64,000 bases of DNA from Eledone cirrhosa (taxonomy: Eukaryota), in NCBI GenBank assembly GCA_964016885.1, contig OZ024742.1:242234001-242298000 (forward strand). The letters are read 5' to 3'. A model generated the notes under the pieces. That model searched no databases, was not told where the DNA came from, and saw only the letters and a list, made by a program, of their open reading frames with translations. Made by a program: the position numbers and the translations under genes. Shown one piece after another: positions 29,401 through 42,005 of the stretch (the stretch's first letter is position 1; every line of letters starts with the position of its first letter).

Positions 29401-32400
29401 ATTAGTTGAATACAATTAGAGTGGTGGATTAGTTGAATATAAATAGAATGGTGGATTAGTTGAATAGAATTAGAATGGTGGATTAGTTGAATACAATTAG
29501 AATGGTGGATTAGTTGAATATAAATAGAATGGTGGATTAGTTGAATACAATTAGAATGGGGGATTAGTTGAATACAATTAGAATGGTGGATTATTTGAAT
29601 AGAATTAGAATGGTGGATTAGTTGAATACAAATAGAATAGTGGATTAGTTGAATACAATTAGAATGGTGGATTAGTTGAATACAATTAGAATGGTGGATT
29701 AGTTGAATAGAATTAGAATGGTGGATTAGTTGAATACAGTTAGAATGATGGATTACTTGAATACAATCATAATGGTGGATTAGTTGAATATAAGTAGAAT
29801 GCTGGATTAGTTGAATTGAATTAGAATTGTGGATTAGTTGAATAGAATTAGAATGGTGGATTAGTTGAATACAATTAAAATGGTGGATTAGTTGAATACA
29901 ATTAGAATGGTGGATTAGTTGAATACAATTAGAATGGTGAATTAGTTGAATGCAATTAGAATGATGGATTAGTTGAATACAATCAGAATGGTGGATTAGT
30001 TGAATATAAGTAGAATGCTGGATTAGTTGAATAGAATTAGAATGGTGGATTAGTTGAATACAATTAGAATGGTGGATTAGTTGAATATAAATAGACTGGT
30101 GGATTAGTTGAATAGAATTAGAATGGTGGATTAGTTGAATATAATTAGAGTGGTGGATTAGTTGAATATAAATAGAATGGTGGATTAGTTGAATAGAATT
30201 AGAATGGTGGATTAGTTGAATACAATTAGAATGGTGGATTAGTTGAATATAAATAGAATGGTGGATTAGTTGAATACAATCATAATGGTGGATTAGTTGA
30301 ATATAAGTAGAATGCTGGATTAGTTGAATATAATTACAATTGTGGATTAGTTGAATAGAATTAGAATGGTGGATTAGTTGAATACAATTAGAATGGTGGA
30401 TTAGTTGAATACAATTAGAATGGTGGATTAGTTGAATACAATTAGAATGGTGAATTAGTTGAATACAATTAGAATCATGGATTAGTTGAATACAATCAGA
30501 ATGGTGGATTAGTTGAATATAAGTAGAATGCTGGATTAGTTGAATAGAATTAGAATGGTGGATTAGTTGAATACAATTAGAATGGTAGATTAGTTGAATA
30601 TAAATAGAATGGTGGATTAGTTGAATAGAATTAGAATGGTGGATTAGTTGAATACAATTAGAGTGGTGGATTAGTTGAATATAAATAGAATGGTGGATTA
30701 GTTGAATAGAATTTAGAATGGTGGATTAGTTGAATACAATTAGAATGGTGGATTAGTTGAATATAAATAGAATGGTGGATTAGTTGAATACAATTAGAAT
30801 GGTGGATTAGTTGAATACAATTAGAATGGTGGATTAGTTGAATAGACTTAGAATGGTGGATTAGTTGAATACAAATAGAATGGTGGATTAGTTGAATACA
30901 ATTAGAATGGTGGATTAGTTGAATACAATTAGAATGGTGGAATAGTTGAATACAATTAGAATGGTGGATTAGTTGAATACAATTAGAATGGTGGATTAGT
31001 TGAATACAATTAGAATGGTGGATTAGTTGAATACAATTAGAATGGTGGATTAGTTGAATAGTATTAGAATGGTGGATTAGTTGAATACAATCAGAATGGT
31101 GGATTAGTTGAATACAATTAGAATGGTGGATTAGTTGAATAGAATTAGAATGGTGGATTAGTTGAATACAATTAGAATGGTGTATTAATGGAATAGAATT
31201 AGAATGGTGGATTAGTTGAATAGAATTAGAATGGTGGAATAGTTGAATACAATTAGAATGGTGGATTAGTTGAATACAATTAGAATGGTGGATTAGTTGA
31301 ATACAATTAGAATGGTGGATTAGTTGAATAGAATTAGAATGGTGGATTAGTTGAATAGAATTAGAATGGTGGATTAGTTGACTACAATTAGAGTGGTGGA
31401 TTAGTTGAATACAATTAGAATGGTGGATTAGTTGAATACAATTAGAATGGTGTATTAATGGAATAGAATTAGAATGGTGGATTAGTTGAATAGAATTAGA
31501 ATGGTGGAATAGTTGAATACAATTAGAATGGTGGATTAGTTGAATACAATTAGTATGGTGGATTAGTTGAATACAATTAGAATGGTGGATTAGTTGAATA
31601 GAATTAGAATGGTGGATTAGTTGAATACAATTAGAATGGTGGATTAGTTGAATATAAGTAGAATGCTGGATTAGTTGAATAGAATTAGAATTGTGGATTA
31701 GTTGAATACAATCAGAATGGTGGATTAGTTGAATATAAGTAGAATGCTGGATTAGTTGAATAGAATTAGAATGGTGGATTAGTTGAATACAATTAGAATG
31801 GTGGATTAGTTGAATATAAATAGAATGGTGGATTAGTTGAATAGAATTAGAATGGTGGATTAGTTGAATACAATTAGAGTGGTGGATTAGTTGAATATAA
31901 ATAGAATGGTGGATTAGTTGAATAGAATTAGAATGGTGGATTAGTTGAATACAATTAGAATGGTGGATTAGTTGAATATAAATAGAATGGTGGATTAGTT
32001 GAATACAATTAGAATGGGGGATTAGTTGAATACAATTAGAATGGTGGATTATTTGAATAGAATTAGAATGGTGGATTAGTTGAATACAAATAGAATGGTG
32101 GATTAGTTGAATACAATTAGAATGGTGGATTAGTTGAATACAATTAGAATGGTGAATTAGTTGAATGCAATTAGAATGATGGATTAGTTGAATACAATCA
32201 GAATGGTGGATTAGTTGAATATAAGTAGAATGCTGGATTAGTTGAATATAATTAGAGTGGTGGATTAGTTGAATATAAATAGAATGGTGGATTAGTTGAA
32301 TAGAATTAGAATGGTGGATTAGTTGAATACAATTAGAATGGTGGATTAGTTGAATATAAATAGAATGGTGGATTAGTTGAATACAATCATAATGGTGGAT

Positions 32401-35400
32401 TAGTTGAATATAAGTAGAATGCTGGATTAGTTGAATAGAATTACAATTGTGGATTAGTTGAATAGAATTAGAATGGTGGATTAGTTGAATACAATTAGAA
32501 TGGTGGATTAGTTGAATACAATTAGAATGGTGGATTAGTTGAATACAATTAGAATGGTGAATTAGTTGAATACAATTAGAATGATGGATTAGTTGAATAC
32601 AATCAGAATGGTGGATTAGTTGAATATAAGTAGAATGCTGGATTAGTTGAATAGAATTAGAATGGTGGATTAGTTGAATACAATTAGAATGGTGGATTAG
32701 TTGAATATAAATAGAATGGTGGATTAGTTGAATAGAATTAGAATGGTGGATTAGTTGAATACAATTAGAGTGGTGGATTAGTTGAATATAAATAGAATGG
32801 TGGATTAGTTGAATAGAATTAGAATGGTGGATTAGTTGAATACAATTAGAATGGTGGATTAGTTGAATATAAATAGAATGGTGGATTAGTTGAATACAAT
32901 TAGAATGGTGGATTAGTTGAATACAATTAGAATGGTGGATTAGTTGAATAGACTTAGAATGGTGGATTAGTTGAATACAAATAGAATGGTGGATTAGTTG
33001 AATACAATTAGAATGGTGGATTAGTTGAATACAATTAGAATGGTGGAATAGTTGAATACAATTAGAATGGTGGATTAGTTGAATACAATTAGAATGGTGG
33101 ATTAGTTGAATACAATTAGAATGGTGGATTAGTTGAATTCAATTAGAATGGTGGATTAGTTGAATAGTATTAGAATGGTGGATTAGTTGAATACAATCAG
33201 AATGGTGGATTAGTTGAATACAATTAGAATGGTGGATTAGTTGAATAGAATTAGAATGGTGGATTAGTTGAATACAATTAGAATGGTGGATTAGTTGAAT
33301 ACAATTAGAATGGTGGATTAGTTGAATACAATTAGAATGGTGGATTAGTTGAATACAATTGGAATGGTGGATTAGTTGAATACAATTAGAATGGTGGATT
33401 AGTTGAATACAATTAGAATGGTGGATTAGTTGAATACAATTAGAATGGTGGATTAGTTGAATAGAATTAGAATGGTGGATTAGTTGAATACAATTAGAAT
33501 GGTGGATTAGTTGAATATAAATAGAATGGTGGATTAGTTGAATAGAATTAGAATGGTGGATTAGTTGAATACAATCAGAATGGTGGATTAATTAAATACA
33601 ATTAGAATGGTGGATTAGTTGAATACAATTAGAATGGTGGATTAGTTGAATGCAATTAGAATGGTGGATTAGTTGACTACAATTAGAGTGGTGGATTAGT
33701 TGAATACAATTAGAATGGTGGATTAGTTGAATACAATTAGAATGGTGTATTAATGGAATAGAATTAGAATGGTGGATTAGTTGAATAGAATTAGAATGGT
33801 GGAATAGTTGAATACAATTAGAATGGTGGATTAGTTGAATACAATTAGAATGGTGGATTAGTTGAATACAATTAGAATGGTGGATTAGTTGAATAGAATT
33901 AGAATGGTGGATTAGTTGAATACAATTAGAATGGTGGATTAGTTGAATACAATTAGAATGGTGGATTAGTTGAATAGAATTAGAATGGTGGATTAGTTGA
34001 ATACAATTAGAATGGTGGATTAGTTGAATATAAATAGAATGGTGGATTAGTTGAATAGAATTAGAATGGTGGATTAGTTGAATACAATTAGAATGGTGGA
34101 TTAATTGAATACAATTAGAATGGTGGATTAGTTGAATACAATTAGAATGGTGGATTAGTTGAATGCAATTAGAATGGTGGATTAGTTGACTACAATTAGA
34201 GTGGTGGATTAGTTGAATACAATTAGAATGGTGGATTAGTTGAATACAATTAGAATGGTGTATTAATGGAATAGAATTAGAATGGTGGATTAGTTGAATA
34301 GAATTAGAATGGTGGAATAGTTGAATACAATTAGAATGGTGGATTAGTTGAATACAATTAGAATGGTGGATTAGTTGAATACAATTAGAATGGTGGATTA
34401 GTTGAATAGAATTAGAATGGTGGATTAGTTGAATACAATTAGAATGGTGGATTAGTTGAATACAATTAGAATGGTGGATTAGTTGAATACAATTAGAATG
34501 GTGGATTAGTTGAATAGAATTGGAATGGTGGATTAGTTGAATACAATTAGAATGGTGGATTAGTTGAATGCAATTAGAATGGTGGATTAGTTGAATACAA
34601 TTAGAATGGTGGATTAGTTGAATATAATTGGAATGGTGGATTAGTTGAATACAATTAGAATGGTGGATTAGTTGAATACAATTAGAATGGTGGATTATTT
34701 GAATACAATTAGAATGGTGGATTAGTTGAATATAATTAGAATGGTGGATTAGTTGAATACAATTAGAATGGTGGATTAGTTGAATACAATTAGAATGGTG
34801 GATTAGTTGAATACAATTAGAATGGTGGATTAGTTGAATAGAATTAGAGTGGTGGATTAGTTGAATACAATTAGAATGGTGGATTAGTTGAATACAATTA
34901 GAATGGTGGATTAGTTGAATACAATTAGAATGGTGGATTAGTTGAATACAATTTAAATGGTGGATTAGTTGAATAGAATTAGAATGGTGTATTATTTGAA
35001 TAGAATTAGAATGGTGGATTAGTTGAATAGAATTAGAATGGTGTATTATTTGAATAGAATTAGAATGGTGGATTAGTTGAATACAATTTAAATGGTGGAT
35101 TAGTTGAATGGAATTAGAATGGTGGATTAGTTGAATACAATTAGAATGGTGGATTAGTTGAATACAATTGGAATGGTGGATTAGTTGAATAGAATTAGAA
35201 TGGTGGATTAGTTGTATAGAATTAGAATGGTGGATTAGTTGAATAGAATTTGAATGGTGGATTAGTTGAATAGAATTTGAATGGTGGATTAGTTGAATAC
35301 AATTAGAATGGTGGATTAGTTGAATAGAATTTGAATGGTGGATTAGTTGAATACAATTAGAATGGTGGATTAGTTGAATACAATTAGAATGCTGGATTAG

Positions 35401-35504
35401 TTGAATATAATTTGAATGGTGGATTAGTTGAATACAATTAGAATGCTGGATTAGTTGAATACAATTAGAATGGTGGATTAGATTAGTTGAATACAATTAG
35501 AATG
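11450..35504. repeat. 27-bp minisatellite/satellite array, ~890 monomers, consensus GAATACAATTAGAATGGTGGATTAGTT
   Basis: Continuous tandem array of ~24 kb. Main variants gaataCaatt / gaataGaatt / gaataTaaat. A 16-bp truncated monomer recurs at 12998, 17037, 19834 and 24181. Confidence 0.99.
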
Positions 35505-35610
35505 TCGTTGATTTCTCGGAGTCGACAAACAAAAATATCACTAAAGTAAAAATGATAGAGTTAATCAATTGTATCAAAAGATAGATCGATTTCCTGTTAG
35601 AAATATTTAT

Positions 35611-35786
35611 TAATTGTTTCTACTTTTGGCACAAGGCCAGCAATTATTCCAGTCATTACTGGTACTTTATTTTATCGACCCCGTAAGGATGAAAGGCACA
35701 GTTAACCTTGACGGCATTTGAACTCAGACCATAAAGGGCTCTTTGCTGCAAAGCCTGGCGTCTGACCCTCTATCGATACTGCCAAT
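35611..35786 (-). mobile_element. SINE family A, short form
   Basis: Family consensus. Flanking duplication atatttattaat at 35603 and 35791. Confidence 0.9.
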
Positions 35787-36024
35787 ATACATATTTATTA
35801 ATATTATCATGAAAGTTTCAGCTCTTTATTTCAATAGCACTATTAATGTCTCTTTATAAATATCAGGCCTTGCTGCGACGTACGTAGTTGTTAAGGTGAT
35901 GCTGCTGCTATTGCTGATGTCGTTGTTGTTATTGATGATGGGGATGGTGATGGTGATGATGACGATGATGATGATTTTGATGATGATGATGACAATGATG
36001 ATGATAATGATAATGATGACGATA

Positions 36025-36214
36025 ATAATTTTTTCTACGTTTGGCACAAGGCCAGCAAATTACCCAGTGCATTACTGGTACTTTATGTTATCGACCCCGT
36101 AAGGATGAAAGGCAAAGTTAACCTCGGCGGGATTTGAACTCAGAATGGCAAGGGTCGTAACTCTATACGTCAAAGCATGGCGTCCGACCCTCTACCGATA
36201 CTGCCAATCCACCG
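36025..36214 (-). mobile_element. SINE family A, short form, inserted in an (ATG)n tract
   Basis: Family consensus. Confidence 0.9.
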
Positions 36215-36291
36215 AAAATGATGATAATGTTGATGATGGTGATGATGATGATGATGTTGATGATTGAATCGGTACAGAAAAAAATAACATA

Positions 36292-36651
36292 CCGTATATA
36301 CTCGCGTATAGGTCGCACTTTTTTAACGATAAATAAGTATAAATTTCAACGTTAAAAAACACGTTATTTCAAGTTGTTTCACTATATTAAGAGTTAATTT
36401 TCGTGCTTAAAGGCTTTATCTCGCAGTAATCTCGAATTGACGAGATTTCGATGACGTTCATGCTTATTTTATAACTAAAACATTGTTTGTAGTATATATC
36501 GCAACGGCGAAGTAATGGAAAGCTAACAGATTATTAGTTTCAATTATCATAAAAAATAGTAGTTTGACGGCGACCTATATGCGAGTCAACGGCAAATAGC
36601 CTATTTGTTAAATGAAAAGTGCGTATGCGACCTATACGTGAGTATATACGG
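36292..36651. mobile_element. Tc1/mariner-superfamily (Tc2/pogo-like) MITE, 360 bp
   Basis: 26-bp TIRs CCGTATATACTCGCGTATAGGTCGCA / TGCGACCTATACGTGAGTATATACGG (1 mismatch), with TA on both sides (36290-91, 36652-53). CCGTA.. termini are typical of Tc2-group elements. No ORF. Confidence 0.88.
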
Positions 36652-36962
36652 TAATGTTCTTGCCATATTTAGTTAGCTCTGTTTACGTTCTCAGATCAAA
36701 TGCCTCCAAGTTTAACATGGCAACCGGGTCGATAGGATAAATACAAGGAGGACAATCCAATACATTATACTACTCACCCACACATTTATCTGATCGAGAT
36801 ATAAAAAAAAATATTCCTCTTGAAAGCTATCTGCCCTTCATCACTTGTGTGTTTATAAAATGGAGTCAGTCATCAATATCTAATAAATATCAGTCGTTTA
36901 CAATCGATTATACGAGTAAGCTTGCCGTGCACAGTTACGGTTATATGCCAAAGTAGGAAATT

Positions 36963-37688
36963 ATGATTACAATGAAAATGATGATGATGATAATCAGGAT
37001 GATGATGATGTTTATGATGATGATGATGATGGCGGTGGTGGTGATGGTGATGATGATGGCGGTAGTGGTGGTGGTGATGGTGATGAGGATGGTGATGATG
37101 GTGGTGGTGATGATGAGGGTGGTGCTGGTGATGATGATGGTGTTGACGGTGATGATGGTAGTGGTGATGGTGATGATGATGATGTTGATGAGGATGATGG
37201 TGATGGCGGTGGTGGTGGTGGTGGTGATGATGATGATGATGGTGATGGTGGCGATGATGATGATGATGGTGGTGGTGATGGTTGTGGTGGTGATGATGAT
37301 GATGATGATGGTCATCGGAATGATGGTGATGATGGTGGTGGTGATGATGAGGGTGGTGATGGTGATGATGATGGTGTTGACGGTGATGATGGTAGTGGTG
37401 ATGGTGATGATGGTGGTGATGATGATGATGATGATGATGGTGTTGATGAGGATGATGGTGATGGTGGTGGTGGTGATGATGATGATGATGGTGATGGTGG
37501 CGATGATGGTGATGGTGGTGGTGATGGTTGTGGTGGTGATGATGATGGTGGCGATGATGGTGATGGTGGTGGTGATGGTTGTGGTGGTGATGATGATGAT
37601 GGTGATCAGAATGATGGTGATGATGATGATGATGGTGATGAGGATGATGGTGAAGAAGAAGAAGAAGAAGAAGAAGAAGAAGAAGAAG

Positions 37689-37721
<33 letters not shown>

Positions 37722-37834
37722 TAGAAAAAGAAGAAGAAGAAGAAGAAGAAGAAGAAGAAGAAGAAGAAGAAGAAGAAGAAGAAGAAGAAACCGAAGAAGA
37801 AAAAGAAAAAGAAAAAGAAAAAGAAAAGGAAAAA

Positions 37835-37911
<77 letters not shown>

Positions 37912-37915
37912 AAAT
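36963..37915. repeat. Compound (ATG/GTG)n, then (GAA)n, (GAAAAA)n and (GAAA)n microsatellites
   Basis: Directly visible. Contains an internal ~230-bp duplication of the ATG/GTG tract (gagggtggtg...ttgacggtg...ggtagtg twice). Confidence 0.95.
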
Positions 37916-38112
37916 AAAAGATAATGAAGATGATGGTAGAAGAGGAGAAGAGAGAGGGGAGACATTTGAGAGTTGAGAGTTAAGGTAGATTTTTGAAGAT
38001 TATGAAGATGATGATGATGAGGACGCTGGTAACGATTATGAAGATCATGTTGACTATGTAAATGATGATGACGATGATGATGGTGCCTTAAATTATGATT
38101 GTCTCCATCATC

Positions 38113-38294
38113 TGGCAGTATCGGTAAAGGGTCGGACGCCATGCTTTGCAGTTTAGAGTTACGCCCCTTTACCGTCTGAGTTCAAATCCCACCGAGCTTA
38201 ACTTTGCCTTTCATCCTTACGGGGTTGATAAAATAAAGTACCAGTAATGTACTGATATAATTGCTGGCATTGTGCCAAATGTAGAAGCAATTAT
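38113..38294 (+). mobile_element. SINE family A, short form
   Basis: Family consensus. Confidence 0.88.
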
Positions 38295-38383
38295 GTTTTG
38301 TTTCGGCTCTTCCTCCACCTCAGAAAGCGTAGTGTGGAGGGTAATAGAATAAAAGGAAAAGTAAAATAAAGCAAAACAGAAAA

Positions 38384-38744
38384 ATAACTGTTTCTACTTT
38401 TGGCACAAGGCCAGCAAATACCCAGTACATTACTGGGACTTTATTTTATCGATCCAGTAAGGATGAAATGCAAAGTTAACCTGGGCGGCATTTGAATACA
38501 GAACGTAAAGCATGGCGTCCGACTCTCTACCGATACTGCCAATCCACCGGAAAACAGAAAAATAATTGTTTCTACTTTAGGCACAAGGCCAGCAATTACC
38601 CAGTGCATTATTGGTACTTTATTTTATCGACCCCGTAAGGATTAAAGGCAAAGTTAACCTTGGCGGGATTGGAACTCGGAATAGCAAGGGCCGTAACTCT
38701 ATGCGTCAAAGCATGGCGTCCGACCCTCTACCAATACTGCCAAT
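38384..38744 (-). mobile_element. Two tandem SINE family A copies (38384-38549 with internal deletion; 38562-38744)
   Basis: Both are preceded by aaaacagaaaaataa (38373, 38551). Confidence 0.88.
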
Positions 38745-39107
38745 AAAAATAATGAATGATAAGAATGGAAAGGGGTTTTAGTTGCTATTTCTGGTAATTA
38801 GTGACCACAATGAGGCTGCCGTGTTGGCTAATGAAAGCTGCTTAGTGAATACAACCACAAGGATATGGTCCGAACGTGGAAGAGCCACACTCCCACCGTC
38901 ATCGCCTCCGTCTCTCCCGCCTACCCATCTCTCCGTTTGGTGATCATAATTATTTCTGCCAATGTAATTTTTTTTTTTTTGTGGGGGGGTCTCCTTTCAA
39001 ATTGTGACTATCAAATCTTCATGTTCATGATCGTTATCAACACTTCCATAATCATCATAAACAGCTGCAATAACATAATCATCATCACCACCGCCACCAC
39101 CACCATA

Positions 39108-39220
39108 TTCTTCTTCTTTTTCTTTTTCTTTTTCTTTTTTTCTTCTTCTTCTTCTTCTTCTTCTTCTTCTTCTTCTTCTTCTTCTTCTTCTTCTTCTTCT
39201 TCTTCTTCGTCGTCGTCGTC
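39108..39220. repeat. (TTC)n/(TCG)n microsatellite
   Basis: Directly visible. Confidence 0.95.
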
Positions 39221-39905
39221 GCTCTCATCATTACCATTACAAAGGACATTACATATTCCTTGTTATGTTTCCTCTCTTACTAGTAACAGGAATTTTTATT
39301 TTGTTTTTGGATTTTTTTTTTTTGCTATTGCTGCGAGTCTCACTGCCAAACACCTCTAACATAAAACTACCCATCTCAATCACCATAACAAATATTGTAA
39401 CAAACATCACGACCATCATCAAAGCCAACACTACCAGCAACATTAAAACCATTATTATCATCAAAGTCAAAACCACCAGCAACAGCAAGATCCCCACCAT
39501 TAAAAACACCAAACATCACCACTACCAACGACTTCACCACTACCAACGACTTCACCACTACCAGATTTAGCAATATAACAACTATTAGTATCACTATTAC
39601 AAGTGGCAACACTAAAACCAACACCATCTCTCCAAACAAAGTACAACGTTCAAAGAGAACAATATGGCCGTAAGAAATAACTGCAGTGGTTTAAACGAAG
39701 AGTAAAATTAAAGAGCCAATATGTAGTTAGTGGTAAACTAATGAAATATGATACTTTATTGAATACAAACATGTCTTTGGTCTGATTGAATACAAACTTG
39801 TCTGTTATCGATGGTAATGATGCTGATGCCTATTGTTAGTGATGTTGCTTTTGTTATAATCATAATTGATTTCTAGTATCAACTATAATTGATGCCAAAC
39901 ATAGT

Positions 39906-40010
39906 GATGATGTTGATGATGATGATGATGAGGAGGAGGAGGAGGAGGAGGAGGAGGAGGAGGAGGAGGAGGAGGAGGAGGAGGAGGAGGAGCAAGAGGA
40001 AGAGGCCGAG
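39906..40010. repeat. (GAT)n(GAG)n microsatellite
   Basis: Directly visible. Confidence 0.95.
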
Positions 40011-41679
40011 GCAATAATAAGTGGAGCAATGTTTATGATGAAATATGAACAAAAGCATGGAAGCCACACCAGGGCTTACAACGTTACAATCCGCTAGGAA
40101 CAACCTACATCCCACGCAAGGCAGTATTCAAAACTACAGCACAAATAGATCAATCTTAACATACCACGCACACTTTATACAGTAAGCACTTACTAGAATA
40201 AAACAAACTAGCTTACACAACATATGTATACTCTACAAGGTTTATACACAATTTTCTTCATATGTATGAGATAGTGGCTCTCTCAGGTTATTGTCTTTCA
40301 CCTGATCGAGGTGAATGATTAATGATCAGTTTCCAGGGCCCACTGTTGGCAGGTTGAGAACTTGAACTCTAATACCCAATAAAATAACCCAACTCAAATT
40401 ACCGGAAAGCCGTACCGATCGGCTTAGAATTGAACAGCACGTATATATCCTGATCGGCTAGAAACCGAATTGTGGCTTGTATCATACGCTGCACTTTGTG
40501 TTTTACATTGAAGTCATGGTCTAAGGTTATTTTCACAGCTAACACATCAGATGCCATGCCATTACTAAGCATCTCATCGAGTTTACCTACTAACTCCCCT
40601 CTATTATTCTTTCTTTCTATTACGACTTTTTGTTAAAAGCTGTCGATTCTAATCTAATCGTTCCCTTGTCAGCCTACCATCACTTATTGTTGACGATTGT
40701 TCCTGTCAGATGGTGGTTCATCAGTCTCTGTGGGTTTTACACACCTGATAATCAACGTGATAAACTTCTAGTTACCAGTTACCTGTCTACATCTTCTGTC
40801 TAGGTCAGCCGTGCAGATTACAGTTTGCGGTCTGTATATTCCACCGTTTGTAGTTGTTAACACCCTATAATCTCTCTATCTGCTAGTCTGACAAGATCAA
40901 TAACTATCAAGACATGATCTAGACAACCCTATGTGCATTCGAGATATCTAGTCGGTATTCAACAGACTGTTGAAGCTCTTGCACCCCTCTATTCTATCAA
41001 TTATTCCCACACGGTTACTTTGTGCTCTTAAAATACGGTTGTAGCCCCGACCCTCTCATTAAAATTAAAGAGTGATCCATTCCAATAAATATTTCCAGAG
41101 CGTGAGGAACTCAAATGGTCTTGAGCAAATCACAATTTTCTGCCAGTCTCAAGCACCCTATTCGCTACCATTCAAGTGTTTTCTTTTTATTGTGAAAGGA
41201 GAGGGATTTCGTATTGTTGCATATTTGTCTGAGTTCTCTGTGGGTGTAATTTTAGTGATGGTGTCGTGATTGAGTGTTCAATTAACAGGTGATGCGTTTA
41301 TTGAATCTTCTTCGTGTATATTTATTTTTAGTTTGGGGTCTCCCCCTTTTCCTCATCTCTAGGATGAGATATCTGTATCAGGAAGGTCGAACTCGGACGA
41401 GAATAGGGGCAGGTTCATGTGTGTATCTATGTGCCCGTGTTTAAAAGAAAAAAAAAGAGAGGTGCTGAGAGAAGTGAGTTACGATGGTGGTTTTGTTGGA
41501 TTTTGCAACTGCTATAATTATCACAACTGCTGTTGTTACTGCTGCTATCACTGCACTTGGTGATGTTAGTACTGATGCTGTTGCGGTTACAGACGCGAGC
41601 ATTGCTGAACGATGTTGTTCTGGGCTCAATAATGGGAGTATCTCTCCCCCTCCCCCCACCCACCATTGCTTCATTGTTT

Positions 41680-41825
41680 AGCGCAGAAGGGTCTTTGATG
41701 ATTTCTGGCCCCACATAAATGGCGTTTAGGATTTCTGCTCTCCAGCTCTTCTCGTAGCACCAACCTATTCAGTCAGTGAATAAGTTTTGGAATATTTCTA
41801 AGTTGTCATGTAAATGTTTCTGTTA
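41680..41825 (-). mobile_element. Possible decayed Gypsy-type integrase C-terminus (GPY/F-like motif)
   Basis: Minus-strand pieces QKHLHD...KTYSLTE*V...ILNAIYVGPEIIKDPSALN resemble QK..YD...F..GD.V...KL...Y.GP..II. Frameshifted and short. The non-repetitive 40300-41430 may be the rest of the element. Confidence 0.35.
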
Positions 41826-41895
41826 AACTAGAATACGATAAAGACAGATATCGGGAGGGAGAATTAAAGAAAGAAATGGAAAGAAAAGAGCGAGA

Positions 41896-42005
<110 letters not shown>

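Noticed and set aside
11450-35504. CRISPR-like or telomeric array
   Set aside because: No unique spacers, no cas genes and a eukaryotic context. The unit is 27 bp, internal, and not TTAGGG-like.
36941-38142. Poly-Met/Val/Lys, poly-Ile/Thr and His/Ser-rich ORFs
   Set aside because: Trinucleotide repeats. The 37606-38142 ORF starts inside a SINE.
40072-41047. gggcttacaac / gttgtagccc inverted 10-mers as element or LTR termini
   Set aside because: Short and imperfect, with no TSD or TG..CA pair that I could confirm.
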